Origin: Thermoanaerobaculia bacterium
GTDB taxonomy: Bacteria > Acidobacteriota > Thermoanaerobaculia > Multivoradales > Multivoraceae
Length of the DNA: 64,000 bases
NCBI GenBank assembly: GCA_963664405.1
Contig: OY761158.1
Coordinates: 3,872,001-3,936,000 of the forward strand
Direction of reading: 5' to 3'
Shown here: positions 1-9,737 of the stretch, piece after piece
Layout: each line of letters begins with the position of its first letter
How positions within the stretch are numbered: position 1 is the first letter of the stretch
Notes under the pieces: model-generated
Told to the model about the DNA's origin: nothing
The model's input: only the letters and a program-made list of their open reading frames with translations
Databases searched by the model: none
Program-made: the position numbers and the translations under genes

Positions 1-53
1 TGGGACTCTATGCGAAGTACCTGGCACTTTGCAGAGCAGCGATCACTCATTGC

Positions 54-3000
54 TCACTGCCTACCTGTTTTGATGTAGAGCACCGGAACGATGACCAGGT
101 TCAGTAGGGTTGAGGACGCGAGTCCTCCGAGGATGACTTGGGCCATGGGGCTCTGGATCTCGTTGCCGGGAGCGCCTGCCGCCAGGACCAAAGGAACAAG
201 GGCCAATGCCGCGGTGAGGGCCGTCATCAAGATCGGGGCCATGCGTTCCTCGGAGCCGCGCTGCACTGCTTCTTCGAGGGAGGTGCCGTTGGCCCTAAGT
301 CGCTGGTAGTTGTTGACAAGCAATACACCATTGCGTGCTGCGATGCCAAATAGGGCGACGAAGCCGACCATCGTTGCTACTGAAAGGACTCCGTCGCTCA
401 GAGCGATCGCGAGTACGCCACCGATGAGGGCCAAGGGCAGGTTGACCAGCACAATCAGGGCGTCTCGGTGGGAGCCGAATTCTAGGTAGAGGAGGCTGTA
501 CATGCCAGCGAGTAGCAACAGGGAGAGCAAAGCGAGGTTGCGAGTGCTCCGCACCGCCTCTTCGAATTGGCCACTGAAGGTCACGAAGTAGCCCTGCGGC
601 AGGTCGACTTTGTTCTCGACCGCAGCCCTAGCGCGAGCTACAGCCCCGGCGAGATCGACTCCCGTCACGTTTGCGGTGAGCATCGCGACTCGTTGCACGT
701 TCTCGCGACGGATCAGTGAGGGTCCGAGGGTTTTCCGGACGTCAGCAACACGGTCGAGGTGCACGATGTCGCCCGTCGGCAAGGACACCGGCAGCCTGGC
801 GATGCGCTCCGGCGACGTACGCAGCTCGGGCGGAAGCCGCACGATGACTCTCGAGGTCAGCCCCCCCTCGAGGATCTCCCCGACATGCACGCCCTGGAAC
901 AGCGCTTCGACCGAAGTCGCTAGCTCGGCGGGCGATAGCCCGCTCTGACCCATCGCTGCTCGATCGAAGTCGATGAGCAATTGCGGAACAACAGCCTGCT
1001 CTTGGTTGGACAGGTCTACGATCTCGGGAATCGAGCCAAGCACCTGCTCGATGCTCGAGGCGATATTTCTTAGAACCGCGAGGTCGGGGCCAAAGATCTT
1101 CACCGCGAGATTGGTTCTGGAGCCGGAGATCATGTGATCGATGCGGTGACTGATCGGCTGGCCGAAGGTGACCGTGGCGCCCGGCACTGTCGCCACTGCT
1201 TGCCGCATCTCCGCTATCAGCTCCTCCTTGTCGCGGCCGTGCTCCAACGGGCCAAGGACCACCTCCATCTCTGAGGCATTGACTCCTTGCACGTGCTCGT
1301 CCTTCTCCGCGCGTCCTGTGCGACGGCTGGTCGAGACGACCTCGGGGAACGCGAGCAGGCTCTCCTCGACCAGCTGTCCCGCACGGTCACTGTCGGCCAA
1401 GGGGATGCCGGGTGGACTGACGATCGAGATCGTGAGCGAGCCCTCGTTGAACGCGGGTAGAAAGCTGCGGCCAAGACCCGGCAGCAGAGCCGCTGAGGAC
1501 GCCAGGCCCGCTAGGGCCAGAATCGCGACCGGCCGCGGGTGGGCGAGGCTCCACCCGAGAACCGGCCGGTAGACGTTGCGACAGCCTCGAAGCAGCCACG
1601 ACTCACGCCTCTTCGCCAGCCCCGGAGCGTCGAGCATCAGCGAGCACAGCGCCGGGGTGATCGTCAGCGCGACGAAGAGTGAGGAGGCCACGGCCGCAAC
1701 AAAGGCGAATCCGAGAGGTCGAAGAAGCCGCCCCTCGAGACCGGGCAAGAAGAAGATCGGGACGAAGACCAGGATTACCAACAGCGTTGCGAAAAAGATC
1801 GGGCTCACGATCTCCGAGGTCGCATCGGCGACCACTTCGATCAGCGGCCGTTGGTCCGGTCCACCGGCACGCTCTTCTTTGAGTCTGCGGAAGATGTTTT
1901 CGACCGCGATGATGGCGTCGTCGACGAGAAGGCCAATGGCGATGGTCAGACCGCCCAGTGTCATCGTATTGATGGTCATGCCGAGCAGCGAGATGACAGT
2001 GACTCCGGCGACGAGTGAAAGTGGGATCGCCAAGGCGGAGATGAGAGTGGTGCGAACACTGCCGAGAAAAAGGGCGAGAACCAAGACGACCAAGAATGCC
2101 CCGTCGCGTAGCGCCCGCGTGACGTTGTCGATTGCGACTTCGATGAAGTCGGCCTGCCGAAAGTTCTCTTTCTCGAGCACTACTCCATCAGGTAGCGAGG
2201 CCTCGAGCCGTTCGATGACTCCGTCGATCTTTCGAGTGAGCTCGAGAGTGTTGGCGCTTGGCTGCTTCTGCACCGACAGAATGATTGCCGGTCGAGCGCG
2301 GTAGGAAGCGGTTCCCCTCGAGGGCTCGGCCCCCCAAGCGACGTCGGCTATGGCGCCGACGCGCAACGGCACACCGTCGACGGACCTCACGACAGCGCTG
2401 GCGACGTCCTCTGCGGTTCTGGCGCGCCCGAGGCCCCGTACCAAGTACTCCTGGCCTCCCTCGACATGGAAGCCCGCGACCGGGCTGCGACTCGCCCTCG
2501 AAACGGCATCGATGAGCTCCTGGAGCGGCACTCGGTACTGAGCCAGCGAAGCCGGACGGGCCGTCACTTGCAGCTGCCGCACCTCGCCGCCGATGGGCAC
2601 AACCTGCGAGATGCCGGGGATCGCCAGTAGGTTGCGGCGCACTACCGTGTCGGCCAATCGCCTGAGCTCCATAGCCGAGACGCCGTCGCCAGTCATCGCG
2701 ATGAAAGTGATCTCTCCCATGATCGACGAGACAGGGCCGAGCTCGGGCGGCTGGACCTGGGTGGGGAGCTCGACCCCTTGCAAGCGCTCGGTCACGATCT
2801 GCCGGGCCTGGTAGATGTCGGTACCCCAGTCGAACTCCGCCCAGGTGACCGAGAGTCCGTCGGCTGAGACTGAGCGCAGGCGCCGAACTCCAGGCGAGCC
2901 ATTGACTGCCGATTCGATGGGGAAGGTAACCAGCAGCTCGACCTCCTGGGGCGCCATCCCCGGCGCCTCGGTAATGACCGTGACTGTCGGCGCAGATAGA

Positions 3001-3128
3001 TTGGGGAAGATGTCCAGAGGCAGACTGGCGATCCAGATACCGCCGACAATGAGCAGGACTGCGGCCGCCGCCGTGACCAGACCACGGTGACGAATCGAGG
3101 AACGGATCAGATGATCGAGTGGGCCCAT
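54..3128 (-). CDS. Heavy-metal efflux RND permease, CusA/CzcA family
   Basis: 1024 aa; N-terminal LPLDIFPNLSAPTVTVITEAPGMAPQEVELLVTFPIE, TM4 GLLVDDAIIAVENI, GIAARNGVLLV and RMAPILMTA motifs typical of HME-type RND. Confidence 0.93.
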   Translation of the reverse strand: MGPLDHLIRSSIRHRGLVTAAAAVLLIVGGIWIASLPLDIFPNLSAPTVTVITEAPGMAPQEVELLVTFPIESAVNGSPGVRRLRSVSADGLSVTWAEFDWGTDIYQARQIVTERLQGVELPTQVQPPELGPVSSIMGEITFIAMTGDGVSAMELRRLADTVVRRNLLAIPGISQVVPIGGEVRQLQVTARPASLAQYRVPLQELIDAVSRASRSPVAGFHVEGGQEYLVRGLGRARTAEDVASAVVRSVDGVPLRVGAIADVAWGAEPSRGTASYRARPAIILSVQKQPSANTLELTRKIDGVIERLEASLPDGVVLEKENFRQADFIEVAIDNVTRALRDGAFLVVLVLALFLGSVRTTLISALAIPLSLVAGVTVISLLGMTINTMTLGGLTIAIGLLVDDAIIAVENIFRRLKEERAGGPDQRPLIEVVADATSEIVSPIFFATLLVILVFVPIFFLPGLEGRLLRPLGFAFVAAVASSLFVALTITPALCSLMLDAPGLAKRRESWLLRGCRNVYRPVLGWSLAHPRPVAILALAGLASSAALLPGLGRSFLPAFNEGSLTISIVSPPGIPLADSDRAGQLVEESLLAFPEVVSTSRRTGRAEKDEHVQGVNASEMEVVLGPLEHGRDKEELIAEMRQAVATVPGATVTFGQPISHRIDHMISGSRTNLAVKIFGPDLAVLRNIASSIEQVLGSIPEIVDLSNQEQAVVPQLLIDFDRAAMGQSGLSPAELATSVEALFQGVHVGEILEGGLTSRVIVRLPPELRTSPERIARLPVSLPTGDIVHLDRVADVRKTLGPSLIRRENVQRVAMLTANVTGVDLAGAVARARAAVENKVDLPQGYFVTFSGQFEEAVRSTRNLALLSLLLLAGMYSLLYLEFGSHRDALIVLVNLPLALIGGVLAIALSDGVLSVATMVGFVALFGIAARNGVLLVNNYQRLRANGTSLEEAVQRGSEERMAPILMTALTAALALVPLVLAAGAPGNEIQSPMAQVILGGLASSTLLNLVIVPVLYIKTGRQ

Positions 3129-3129
3129 A

Positions 3130-4689
3130 TCAGTGAACGTGGCCCTGGGGCTCTCCTGTCGCCAACAGCGACGAGCGCCGGATCGCCTGACCTCCTCGCG
3201 TCACCAGGCGCTGGCCGATCGCCAGACCCTCGACAATGGCCCATTTGCCCTGCCGTGCTGTGACGTTCACCGGCTGGCGCGCGAAGCTCTCTCCGCCGAG
3301 CTGGAGATAGGCGATCATGACGCCGCCGTCGTCGACCACTGCCGTAGCGGGTACGACGATCCCCTCGGCATCTTCTTTGAGTAGGACCTGCGCTGTCGCC
3401 GAAGTCCCCAAGATCAGATCCTCAGACGGAGGTACCTCGAGTAGGACCTTGACCGTACCGGTTCTCGCGTCGACCTCCGGCGCAATCGCAACGAGACGAG
3501 ATCCGTTCTCCACTCGCAGAGACGCCCCCTCGGGGAAGTTGACGACTACCCCCCTAATGCCCTTGCTCACCCGTCTCGCCGCCTCCGGAGAGACGTCGAT
3601 CTCGAGCCAGACAGAGTCGGTTCGTACCAGTCTCGCTAGAGCAGCCCCCGCCGCTACCACCTCGCCCGGAGACGCGTGGACGACCGAGATCTCGCCGCCA
3701 AAGGGGGCTGTTACCGTTGTCGCACCCGCGCTGCCGCCCTCTCGGGCGGAGTGAGCCGCCTCCAGGTCTCGTTCGGCGGCGGCGAGACGCCCGGCGATCC
3801 GGTTGACACGGTTCTCCGCTTCTTCGATCTCGCTCTGGCTTGTCGCCTCGACTTCCAAGAGGCCCGCGAGTCTTAAGAGGCGCGCCTCGGCGACGGCCAA
3901 CTCGGCTTCGTGGGAATCGCGTTCCGCTTCGAGCGTGGCAAGGCTCCGTTCTGGAGCGATGCGTGGCACCATGCGAAAGAGTGCAGCCCCGCGAACGACC
4001 CGCCGACCGGCGTGAGGCCAGAGCCCGGGTAGTAACACCGCGTCCACCGGTGCAGTAATCGTCGCAGCCCCACCTGCCGGCGGTCGTACGCGTGCCACGC
4101 CCTCGACAGACTGGGGCAGGCTCCCGCTCGCCACCCACTCAGTGCCGAAAGAACCGCGCCATTGCTGCTCCTTGAGAAAGGAGAGAGGCTCGCCGTTGCC
4201 AATGGAGCCAGCCGGAGGTGGCGCTTCGGCGACGGCTCCTGGCGCGTTCGCCGTCCCCACGCGTACGCGCCCGCCTTTGATTTCTTCTCGACCTCCGGGC
4301 GAGGCGACGAGGAAGGCGAGATCGTATTCACCAGGCGCCTGGGGAGTGATTTCGACGTTGAAGATGCCCGCGCGGACGGGCTCATCGGCACGAAAGCGTT
4401 CCTCGCCCGCCCCGGAGCGCAGGATGATCTCCACACTGCCCTCGGCCATCGGAACAAAGCCTTCTAGCACCGTTATGTGGGTGTGAGCCAGAGAGCTCCG
4501 GCCGGCGACCAGAGATTCGACCTCCGGGAAAACCTCGTAGCGCTCTCCCCAGGCCGTAACCGACCAGCTCTCGCGCTCCACCGATTCCGCCTCCTCTATC
4601 ACCTCGGGCACACACCCCGCCAGGAGCACAAGGATCGTGAGCGCGAAGGTCGCGCTTGTCGTGTCATCATCTTTTCTTCTCATGCTCAC
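3130..4689 (-). CDS. RND periplasmic adaptor (CzcB/CusB-like), probable lipoprotein
   Basis: LAGC lipobox, coiled hairpin, APFGGEI and VPATAVVD adaptor motifs, C-terminal GHVH; directly upstream of the RND gene. Confidence 0.88.
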   Translation of the reverse strand: MSMRRKDDDTTSATFALTILVLLAGCVPEVIEEAESVERESWSVTAWGERYEVFPEVESLVAGRSSLAHTHITVLEGFVPMAEGSVEIILRSGAGEERFRADEPVRAGIFNVEITPQAPGEYDLAFLVASPGGREEIKGGRVRVGTANAPGAVAEAPPPAGSIGNGEPLSFLKEQQWRGSFGTEWVASGSLPQSVEGVARVRPPAGGAATITAPVDAVLLPGLWPHAGRRVVRGAALFRMVPRIAPERSLATLEAERDSHEAELAVAEARLLRLAGLLEVEATSQSEIEEAENRVNRIAGRLAAAERDLEAAHSAREGGSAGATTVTAPFGGEISVVHASPGEVVAAGAALARLVRTDSVWLEIDVSPEAARRVSKGIRGVVVNFPEGASLRVENGSRLVAIAPEVDARTGTVKVLLEVPPSEDLILGTSATAQVLLKEDAEGIVVPATAVVDDGGVMIAYLQLGGESFARQPVNVTARQGKWAIVEGLAIGQRLVTRGGQAIRRSSLLATGEPQGHVH

Positions 4690-4720
4690 TCTCCCCCAGG
4701 CGGCTCGTGCGCGGTTCTCT

Positions 4721-5911
4721 TCATTCGAGATCCAGTGGCCGTCCCTCGAATCTCTCCAGTCGTCGATGAGCCTCGAGTGCCGCAGCGTGCACTCGCAGTG
4801 TCGTCATTTCGGCGGCGAGAACTGAGCGCAGAGTGTCCAGGAGGTCGGTCAAGCTCGCCTCCCCGGCCTGAAAGGCAGCTGCCTCTGCACTCAGGATCTG
4901 CCGGTTGCCCGTGTTTGCTCCGCGGGCGGCCGCGGTAGCCTCGGCCAGTCGCTGATAGGACGCCCTGGCGCCCTCCCTCCCGGCGCCGATGGTTCGCCGC
5001 GCGGCTTCTAGCCTCGCGGTTGCGGCTTCGATACGGGCCTCGGCCAGTGCTCGCTCGGCTCTGTTGCGGTCGGCCAGAGGTAGTTGCCACGAAAGGCCAA
5101 GAATGGGACCGTCGAGAGACTCAGGGCCGGCGTCCACCTGCTGCCAGCCGGCGATCAGCTCCGGAAGCTCGATATAGCGGCCTTCGGCCTCCTGAGTGAG
5201 CTTGGCGGCCTCCAGCTCTTGCTCGAGCTCTGTCACAGTCGGGTGCTCGTCCCCGGCGCCTACCGGGTTGGGCGGCAACCGCGAAAGAGATGGCCGACTC
5301 CTCCTACTCATCGAGGGATTCCAGCCCCTCGCCCTCGCGGCTGCATAAATCGAGTCGCTCTCGAGAATCGCGTGCTGCGCCAGCAGCTCCGCTGCGGCAA
5401 GAGCCAAGCGGTCTGCAGCTAGGCCCGAGGTCTCACCATGCTCGGCTCGGCGTCGCTCCCGGGTCGCGAGCTCGCCTACAGTGCGAGCGTGATCGCCGAC
5501 TCGCGACGCGAGCTCGGTCGCCACCGCCCAATCTGCGTAGACCTCTCTCATCTCCAGTCGAAGAACTATCCGGTCGAACGCCAGTCGCGCCTGGGCGGCG
5601 GCTAGCCCCCGCTGTCCTGATGCGACCGCCGCTCGCCGAGAGGGGCGGGGCAACTGCCATGTGAGAGTCAGGTCGATCTGGTCAGTCGGTCCCGAGGGGT
5701 CCTCGTGGGTTGCTTCGAGGCGAGGGTTTGCCAGAGTCCCTCGACGTCTCAGCTCGGCCTCGGCCACGGCGATGCCCTCCGCTCGCGCCAGGAGGGCGGG
5801 GTGATCTTCCTGTAAAGCCGAAAGGAATTCGGCCTCCGTAACCGTGGGCGACGATTGGCCCGCGCACGCGGCGGCAGTCGCCGCCACCACGGCAAACGCG
5901 AAGCGATGCAT
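4721..5911 (-). CDS. TolC/CzcC-family outer membrane efflux protein
   Basis: Helical OEP repeats (HPALLA, NPRLE, LPLADRNRAE, FQAGEASLTDLLD). Start moved to ATG 5911, which follows a GAAGGAGAG RBS and begins a signal peptide. Confidence 0.85.
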   Translation of the reverse strand: MHRFAFAVVAATAAACAGQSSPTVTEAEFLSALQEDHPALLARAEGIAVAEAELRRRGTLANPRLEATHEDPSGPTDQIDLTLTWQLPRPSRRAAVASGQRGLAAAQARLAFDRIVLRLEMREVYADWAVATELASRVGDHARTVGELATRERRRAEHGETSGLAADRLALAAAELLAQHAILESDSIYAAARARGWNPSMSRRSRPSLSRLPPNPVGAGDEHPTVTELEQELEAAKLTQEAEGRYIELPELIAGWQQVDAGPESLDGPILGLSWQLPLADRNRAERALAEARIEAATARLEAARRTIGAGREGARASYQRLAEATAAARGANTGNRQILSAEAAAFQAGEASLTDLLDTLRSVLAAEMTTLRVHAAALEAHRRLERFEGRPLDLE

Positions 5912-6083
5912 GTTGGCTCTCCTTCCCAGCCCACGGAAGCGATCGCTGTCACTTCCTTCGGCTGGAGAACATGGTGCCGAGGACGGCATGTTCGAACCTA
6001 CAGAAGCGATCGCGATCTCTTCCGTAGATCCCTCGTCTGAGTTAGCGCCCTACGCCGAAAAGGTAGGGTTTCTCAGCCGAGGC

Positions 6084-6455
6084 TCAAAGCCGCAGAGAGC
6101 AGTGGCTGTAGAAGAGCTGTTGAGGCGGCCCAGCCCGAGAGTCGAGCGCGTTCAGAGCGTCCGCTTGTTTGACTTCCCCTCTCGACAGGGTTTCCATCTG
6201 CGCTTCCCCGGCGACTGCCTTCAGAATCGGAGTCGCCTCGGGGATGGGAGCCGAGTGCTGGTGGTCCGGAACGACCTCCGAGTGTCGGTGGCCGTGAGCG
6301 GCCGCAAAGACATCAGCGCGGGGGTGGTGGCTCGTGTCTTCGTGATGATGATCGAGGGCGACGTGAAGCGAAAGGGCCATCGCGTTCGCCGCCGGCACTG
6401 CCCACAAGGCGAGGACCAAAGGAGCCCCAAGTCGCGATAAGAAGGTCCTTTGCAC
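6084..6455 (-). CDS. Small His-rich exported protein heading the metal efflux operon (CzcI-like position)
   Basis: Hydrophobic N-terminus, then HHHEDTSHH..HGHRH..HQH, RAGPP and C-terminal HCSLRL. Start (GTG 6455) is uncertain. Confidence 0.6.
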   Translation of the reverse strand: MQRTFLSRLGAPLVLALWAVPAANAMALSLHVALDHHHEDTSHHPRADVFAAAHGHRHSEVVPDHQHSAPIPEATPILKAVAGEAQMETLSRGEVKQADALNALDSRAGPPQQLFYSHCSLRL

Positions 6456-6574
6456 GCACCCATGTTCCCAGATAGGTATGTTCGCGTCAAAAGAAGACGG
6501 CCCGGTCGTCCTGCTAGGATTCGAGGCCCGAAAGCCCCACGGGCTCCCGAGAACCAACTCTACGAGGTCTTTCA

Positions 6575-7213
6575 ATGTCGAAACGAGCCAGCTTCCGGTC
6601 GGCGATCGCGGTCGCCTTAGTGCTTCTCGCGTCGCTCAGCTTTGCCGAGGTCGGTAAGAACACCGCCGTCCTGAATCCGAACCTCGCTTCCGAGGCGGAG
6701 CTCACGGCGCTCGATGGCGTTGACGCTTCAACCGCGCAAGCCATTATCGACGGCCGTCCTTTCCTCGATATCACCGAGCTCGAGGAGTTGCTCGCCGGGC
6801 GCCTCTCGGACGAGGTGCGCACAGAGCTCTATCAAGCGGTCTTCGTTCCCCTCGATCTGAATCGGGCTTCGAACGAATCGATCCTTCTGGTGCCGGGGGT
6901 GGGGCGGCGCATGGCGCACGAGTTCGACGAGTACCGCCCCTACGAGGGGATGGCGCGCTTTCGCCGAGAGATCGGCAAGTACGTCGATGAAGACGAGGTC
7001 GCCCGCCTCGAGCAATACGTCTTTGTTCCGATCAACCTCAACACCGCCTCGGAAGAGGACATCAAGACCATCCCTGGGGTCGGCAAGAGGATGACTCACG
7101 AATTCCTCGAGTACCGCCCCTATCGTAGCCTGGAGCAGTTCAGGCGCGAGATCGGCAAGTACGTCGATGAAGACGAGCTTGCTCGATTGGAACGCTTCGT
7201 CACCCTCGACTAG
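6575..7213 (+). CDS. Secreted helix-hairpin-helix repeat protein (ComEA/PsbU-like HhH domains)
   Basis: Signal peptide plus three LN.AS...LxxxxGVG-type units; the last two 60-aa units are highly similar. Confidence 0.8.
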   Translation: MSKRASFRSAIAVALVLLASLSFAEVGKNTAVLNPNLASEAELTALDGVDASTAQAIIDGRPFLDITELEELLAGRLSDEVRTELYQAVFVPLDLNRASNESILLVPGVGRRMAHEFDEYRPYEGMARFRREIGKYVDEDEVARLEQYVFVPINLNTASEEDIKTIPGVGKRMTHEFLEYRPYRSLEQFRREIGKYVDEDELARLERFVTLD

Positions 7214-7221
7214 CGGCGGCG

Positions 7222-7617
7222 ATGCGACGCTTGCTGCGGATCATTCTGCTGATCGGAATGCTCGGGACCCTGGCTGAGCTCGTTCTGCTGGAGCATACCG
7301 AGGGCTACTGGCAGCGCCTTCCGCTGGTCCTGTTGATCTTGGGCCAGGCCGCGATCGTTCTCGAGGCGATGAGTGCCCGCCGTTGGCCTCGGCGGGCTCT
7401 GCAGGGTCTGATGGCGGCTTTTCTGGTCGGCGGAACGATCGGCCTCTACCAGCACTACCAGGTGAATCTGGAGTTCGAGCGCGAGATGTATTCCTCTCGG
7501 GCCGGGCTCGAGCTGGTCTGGGAGTCCCTCAAAGGCGCGACGCCCGCCCTCGCACCGGCTGCAATGATCTACCTGGGCCTACTCGGACTGCTCTACTGCC
7601 GAGCGCAGGCAGACTAG
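7222..7617 (+). CDS. Small multi-pass membrane protein, hypothetical
   Basis: 131 aa with about 4 hydrophobic segments and a PALAP motif; 8 nt downstream of the HhH gene. Confidence 0.7.
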   Translation: MRRLLRIILLIGMLGTLAELVLLEHTEGYWQRLPLVLLILGQAAIVLEAMSARRWPRRALQGLMAAFLVGGTIGLYQHYQVNLEFEREMYSSRAGLELVWESLKGATPALAPAAMIYLGLLGLLYCRAQAD

Positions 7618-7704
7618 CCCCAGAAAACGCGCCTTCGGCCCGTTTTCCGGCCCATCCCCGCCTGAGAACTACTCGCCTGTCCGAATTCTCGGACACACTC
7701 CTAG
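7614..7704. repeat. CTAG-bounded short element sharing the family A end (A')
   Basis: CTAG at 7614 and 7701; ends in GAATTCTCGGACACACTCCTAG, a variant of the family A terminus GAATACTCGGACACGCTCCTAG. Confidence 0.6.
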
Positions 7705-7846
7705 CCTCCAGAAATGATTGCTATCATTTCCTCCGCTGGGCGCGCCCCGGCTAGTTGCCCTTTGGCGCCGAGGACGGCGCACTCAGGCGTTGCTTCCTAT
7801 TCGCTCCGGGAAACGGCGCTGGCCGAATACTCGGACACGCTCCTAG
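7701..7846 (+). repeat. Interspersed repeat family A, copy 1 (MITE/REP-like)
   Basis: Near-identical to the reverse complement of 34762-34894 and of 27108-27119 plus 28597-28716; CTAG at both ends; GAAATGAT-N4-ATCATTTC hairpin. Confidence 0.9.
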
Positions 7847-8871
7847 CGGCGAGTGAAGAGCTCTTCGCAGCCTGTACCTTCGAGCACCCGGTCGGCACCG
7901 GCGCGATCCTCCGCCGAGAGCGCTCCGTAGGCCTGGCGAAGGGCGAGCAGACACTTGCCTTGATAGGGGAAGGGCTGCTGGACCCAGGGCTCGCCGTCGA
8001 TCGTGCACTCGACCCGCTCTGCGCCTTGTTCGAGGGTGTCGGCGTTGGCCAGGAGGAAGGGGACATAAGTCCGTCCGACCTCGACCAGAAGAGGGCCCAG
8101 TGTCTCGGCAACCTCGTTGCGCGAAAGCCAATCCCCAGCGCCGGGCTCCAGGCCGGAGAGGTCTTCCACCACGTCGACCCAGGCGATCACCCGCGGCGCC
8201 AACTCCAACGCCAAGGCGGCCGGTGTCGGGTCGAAGATCGCAAGTTGGGTGAGCTGGCCGTAAATGCCGAAGTCCGAGGCGCCAGGGCGCCCGCCCATGA
8301 GGAAGCGGTGGCCGGTGAGGTGGCGGTCGAGAAGGCCCAGGCAGCGAGCGTAGCTCGCCTCGATCACCGGCGAGGTGGTCGGGTTCGAGCCCGCAACCCA
8401 GAGCCTACCGACCTGGCGGTCGCGAGCCCATCGCGCGACCTCGGCGATCTCTTCTTCGGTCGCATCGATCCGCGCCCATCGCGGAAGGATGGCGACCGTC
8501 TTTTTGATGTCCGCTTCGTGAGTCCAGCGGTAGTGGAAGGTTGCCTTGTTGAGCCACTCGTCGGCGTAGTCCTCGAGGATGGCGTCGACCAGCGCGATCA
8601 CCGGATCCGGGGGGATCACACCGCGCCCCTCGCGCTCGGTCTCGAAGCGGCGGATCAACGGCGTCGAGTCGACGACGGCCTGAAGGCACCCCGCGGTGTC
8701 TGGCAGATAGAAAGTGGGCAGGAGTGCGACCTTCGGTTGTGGCAGGTCGTGGTCCTCCGGCGAGCCTTGCACGACCATCCGATAGGGGATCAGCCGGTAA
8801 CGCAGGAACGCCCGCATTTTGCGGGTGTAGGGCGATCCTGGGACACCGAGAAAGCTAATGGCCTCCGTCAC
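7843..8871 (-). CDS. Glutathione S-transferase family protein
   Basis: GSPYTRKMR, LLPTF, VDSTPLI, ILEDYADEW and FLMGGRPGASDFGIYGQL motifs. Likely GTG start at 8871; the longer track ORF overlaps the SDR gene. Confidence 0.85.
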   Translation of the reverse strand: MTEAISFLGVPGSPYTRKMRAFLRYRLIPYRMVVQGSPEDHDLPQPKVALLPTFYLPDTAGCLQAVVDSTPLIRRFETEREGRGVIPPDPVIALVDAILEDYADEWLNKATFHYRWTHEADIKKTVAILPRWARIDATEEEIAEVARWARDRQVGRLWVAGSNPTTSPVIEASYARCLGLLDRHLTGHRFLMGGRPGASDFGIYGQLTQLAIFDPTPAALALELAPRVIAWVDVVEDLSGLEPGAGDWLSRNEVAETLGPLLVEVGRTYVPFLLANADTLEQGAERVECTIDGEPWVQQPFPYQGKCLLALRQAYGALSAEDRAGADRVLEGTGCEELFTRR

Positions 8872-8878
8872 TTCGGGC

Positions 8879-9646
8879 TCACGCGACCAGGGCTCCGCCG
8901 TCGACGACCAGGGTTGTGCCGGTGCAGTAGGACGACGCGCTGGACGCCAGATAAACCGCGGCCCCGGCGATATCTTCGGGCTGGCCCCAGCGCCCAACAG
9001 GCATGTACTCCCGCCAATGCTGTCTCTTCTCCTCGGTGTCGAGGACCGCCTGCGAGAAGCGGGTCTCGACAACCCCGGGGGCGATCGCGTTGACCCGGAT
9101 TCCCTTGGGCCCGAGCTCACGGGCGAAGTTCTTGGTTACACTGATCACACCGGCCTTGGTCATGGCGTAGGTCGTCTCCAGTGCTTGCGGCCGCAGACCC
9201 CCGATCGAGGTGATATTGATGATCGAGCCGCCGCCGGACTTCTCGATCAGCGGCGCCGCCTGCTGGATCATGAGCATGTAACCGCGTAGGTTGACTTCGA
9301 TGGTCTTGTCGAAGGCCCGCATCGGAGTTCCCATGGCCTCGCCGAAGTAGGGGTTTGTGGCGGCGTTGTTGACGTGAATGTCGAGGCGACCCAGCTCAAC
9401 CTGGACCCGCTCGAAAAGAGCCCGGATCTGATCTTCCTTGCCACCGTGGCAGGCGATTGCGAGGGCGCGTCCGCCGCTCGACTCGATCGAACGGGCCACC
9501 GCATCGAGGGCGTCCTGGTTGCGGGAGGAGAGGACCACGGTCGCGCCGCGCTCGGCGAACGCGCGGGCAATCGCCTCGCCGATACCTCGACTCGCTCCGT
9601 TGATGGTCGCCACCAGGCCCTCGAGGCCGAAGTCGATTACTGGCAT
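8879..9646 (-). CDS. SDR family oxidoreductase
   Basis: GASRGIG, NNAA, YAMTK catalytic motif, RVNAIAPG, VDGG. Confidence 0.93.
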   Translation of the reverse strand: MPVIDFGLEGLVATINGASRGIGEAIARAFAERGATVVLSSRNQDALDAVARSIESSGGRALAIACHGGKEDQIRALFERVQVELGRLDIHVNNAATNPYFGEAMGTPMRAFDKTIEVNLRGYMLMIQQAAPLIEKSGGGSIINITSIGGLRPQALETTYAMTKAGVISVTKNFARELGPKGIRVNAIAPGVVETRFSQAVLDTEEKRQHWREYMPVGRWGQPEDIAGAAVYLASSASSYCTGTTLVVDGGALVA

Positions 9647-9679
9647 TTGCCTCCCTCTTTTTCTGAGCCTGTAGGATAG

Positions 9680-9695
9680 TAGACCGGTCCGTCTA
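9680..9695. promoter_or_regulatory. Palindromic operator candidate (TetR/NemR-like)
   Basis: TAGACCGGTCCGTCTA in the divergent intergenic region, next to an AT-rich TAATATTA; one mismatch from TAGACC-N4-GGTCTA. Confidence 0.4.
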
Positions 9696-9737
9696 ATATT
9701 AGCGTAGACCTGGAACGACTCAGGAGGGTCGCCTACG

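Noticed and set aside
7711-7730. GAAATGATTGCTATCATTTC as a Fur box
   Set aside because: Only superficially similar; spacing differs and all three copies lie in repeats, mostly at gene 3' ends rather than promoters.
7714-9093. 459-aa plus-strand ORF and similar long antisense ORFs (23506-24831, 35796-37805, 54755-56230)
   Set aside because: Shadow frames opposite well-supported genes in high-GC DNA, with no recognisable motifs.
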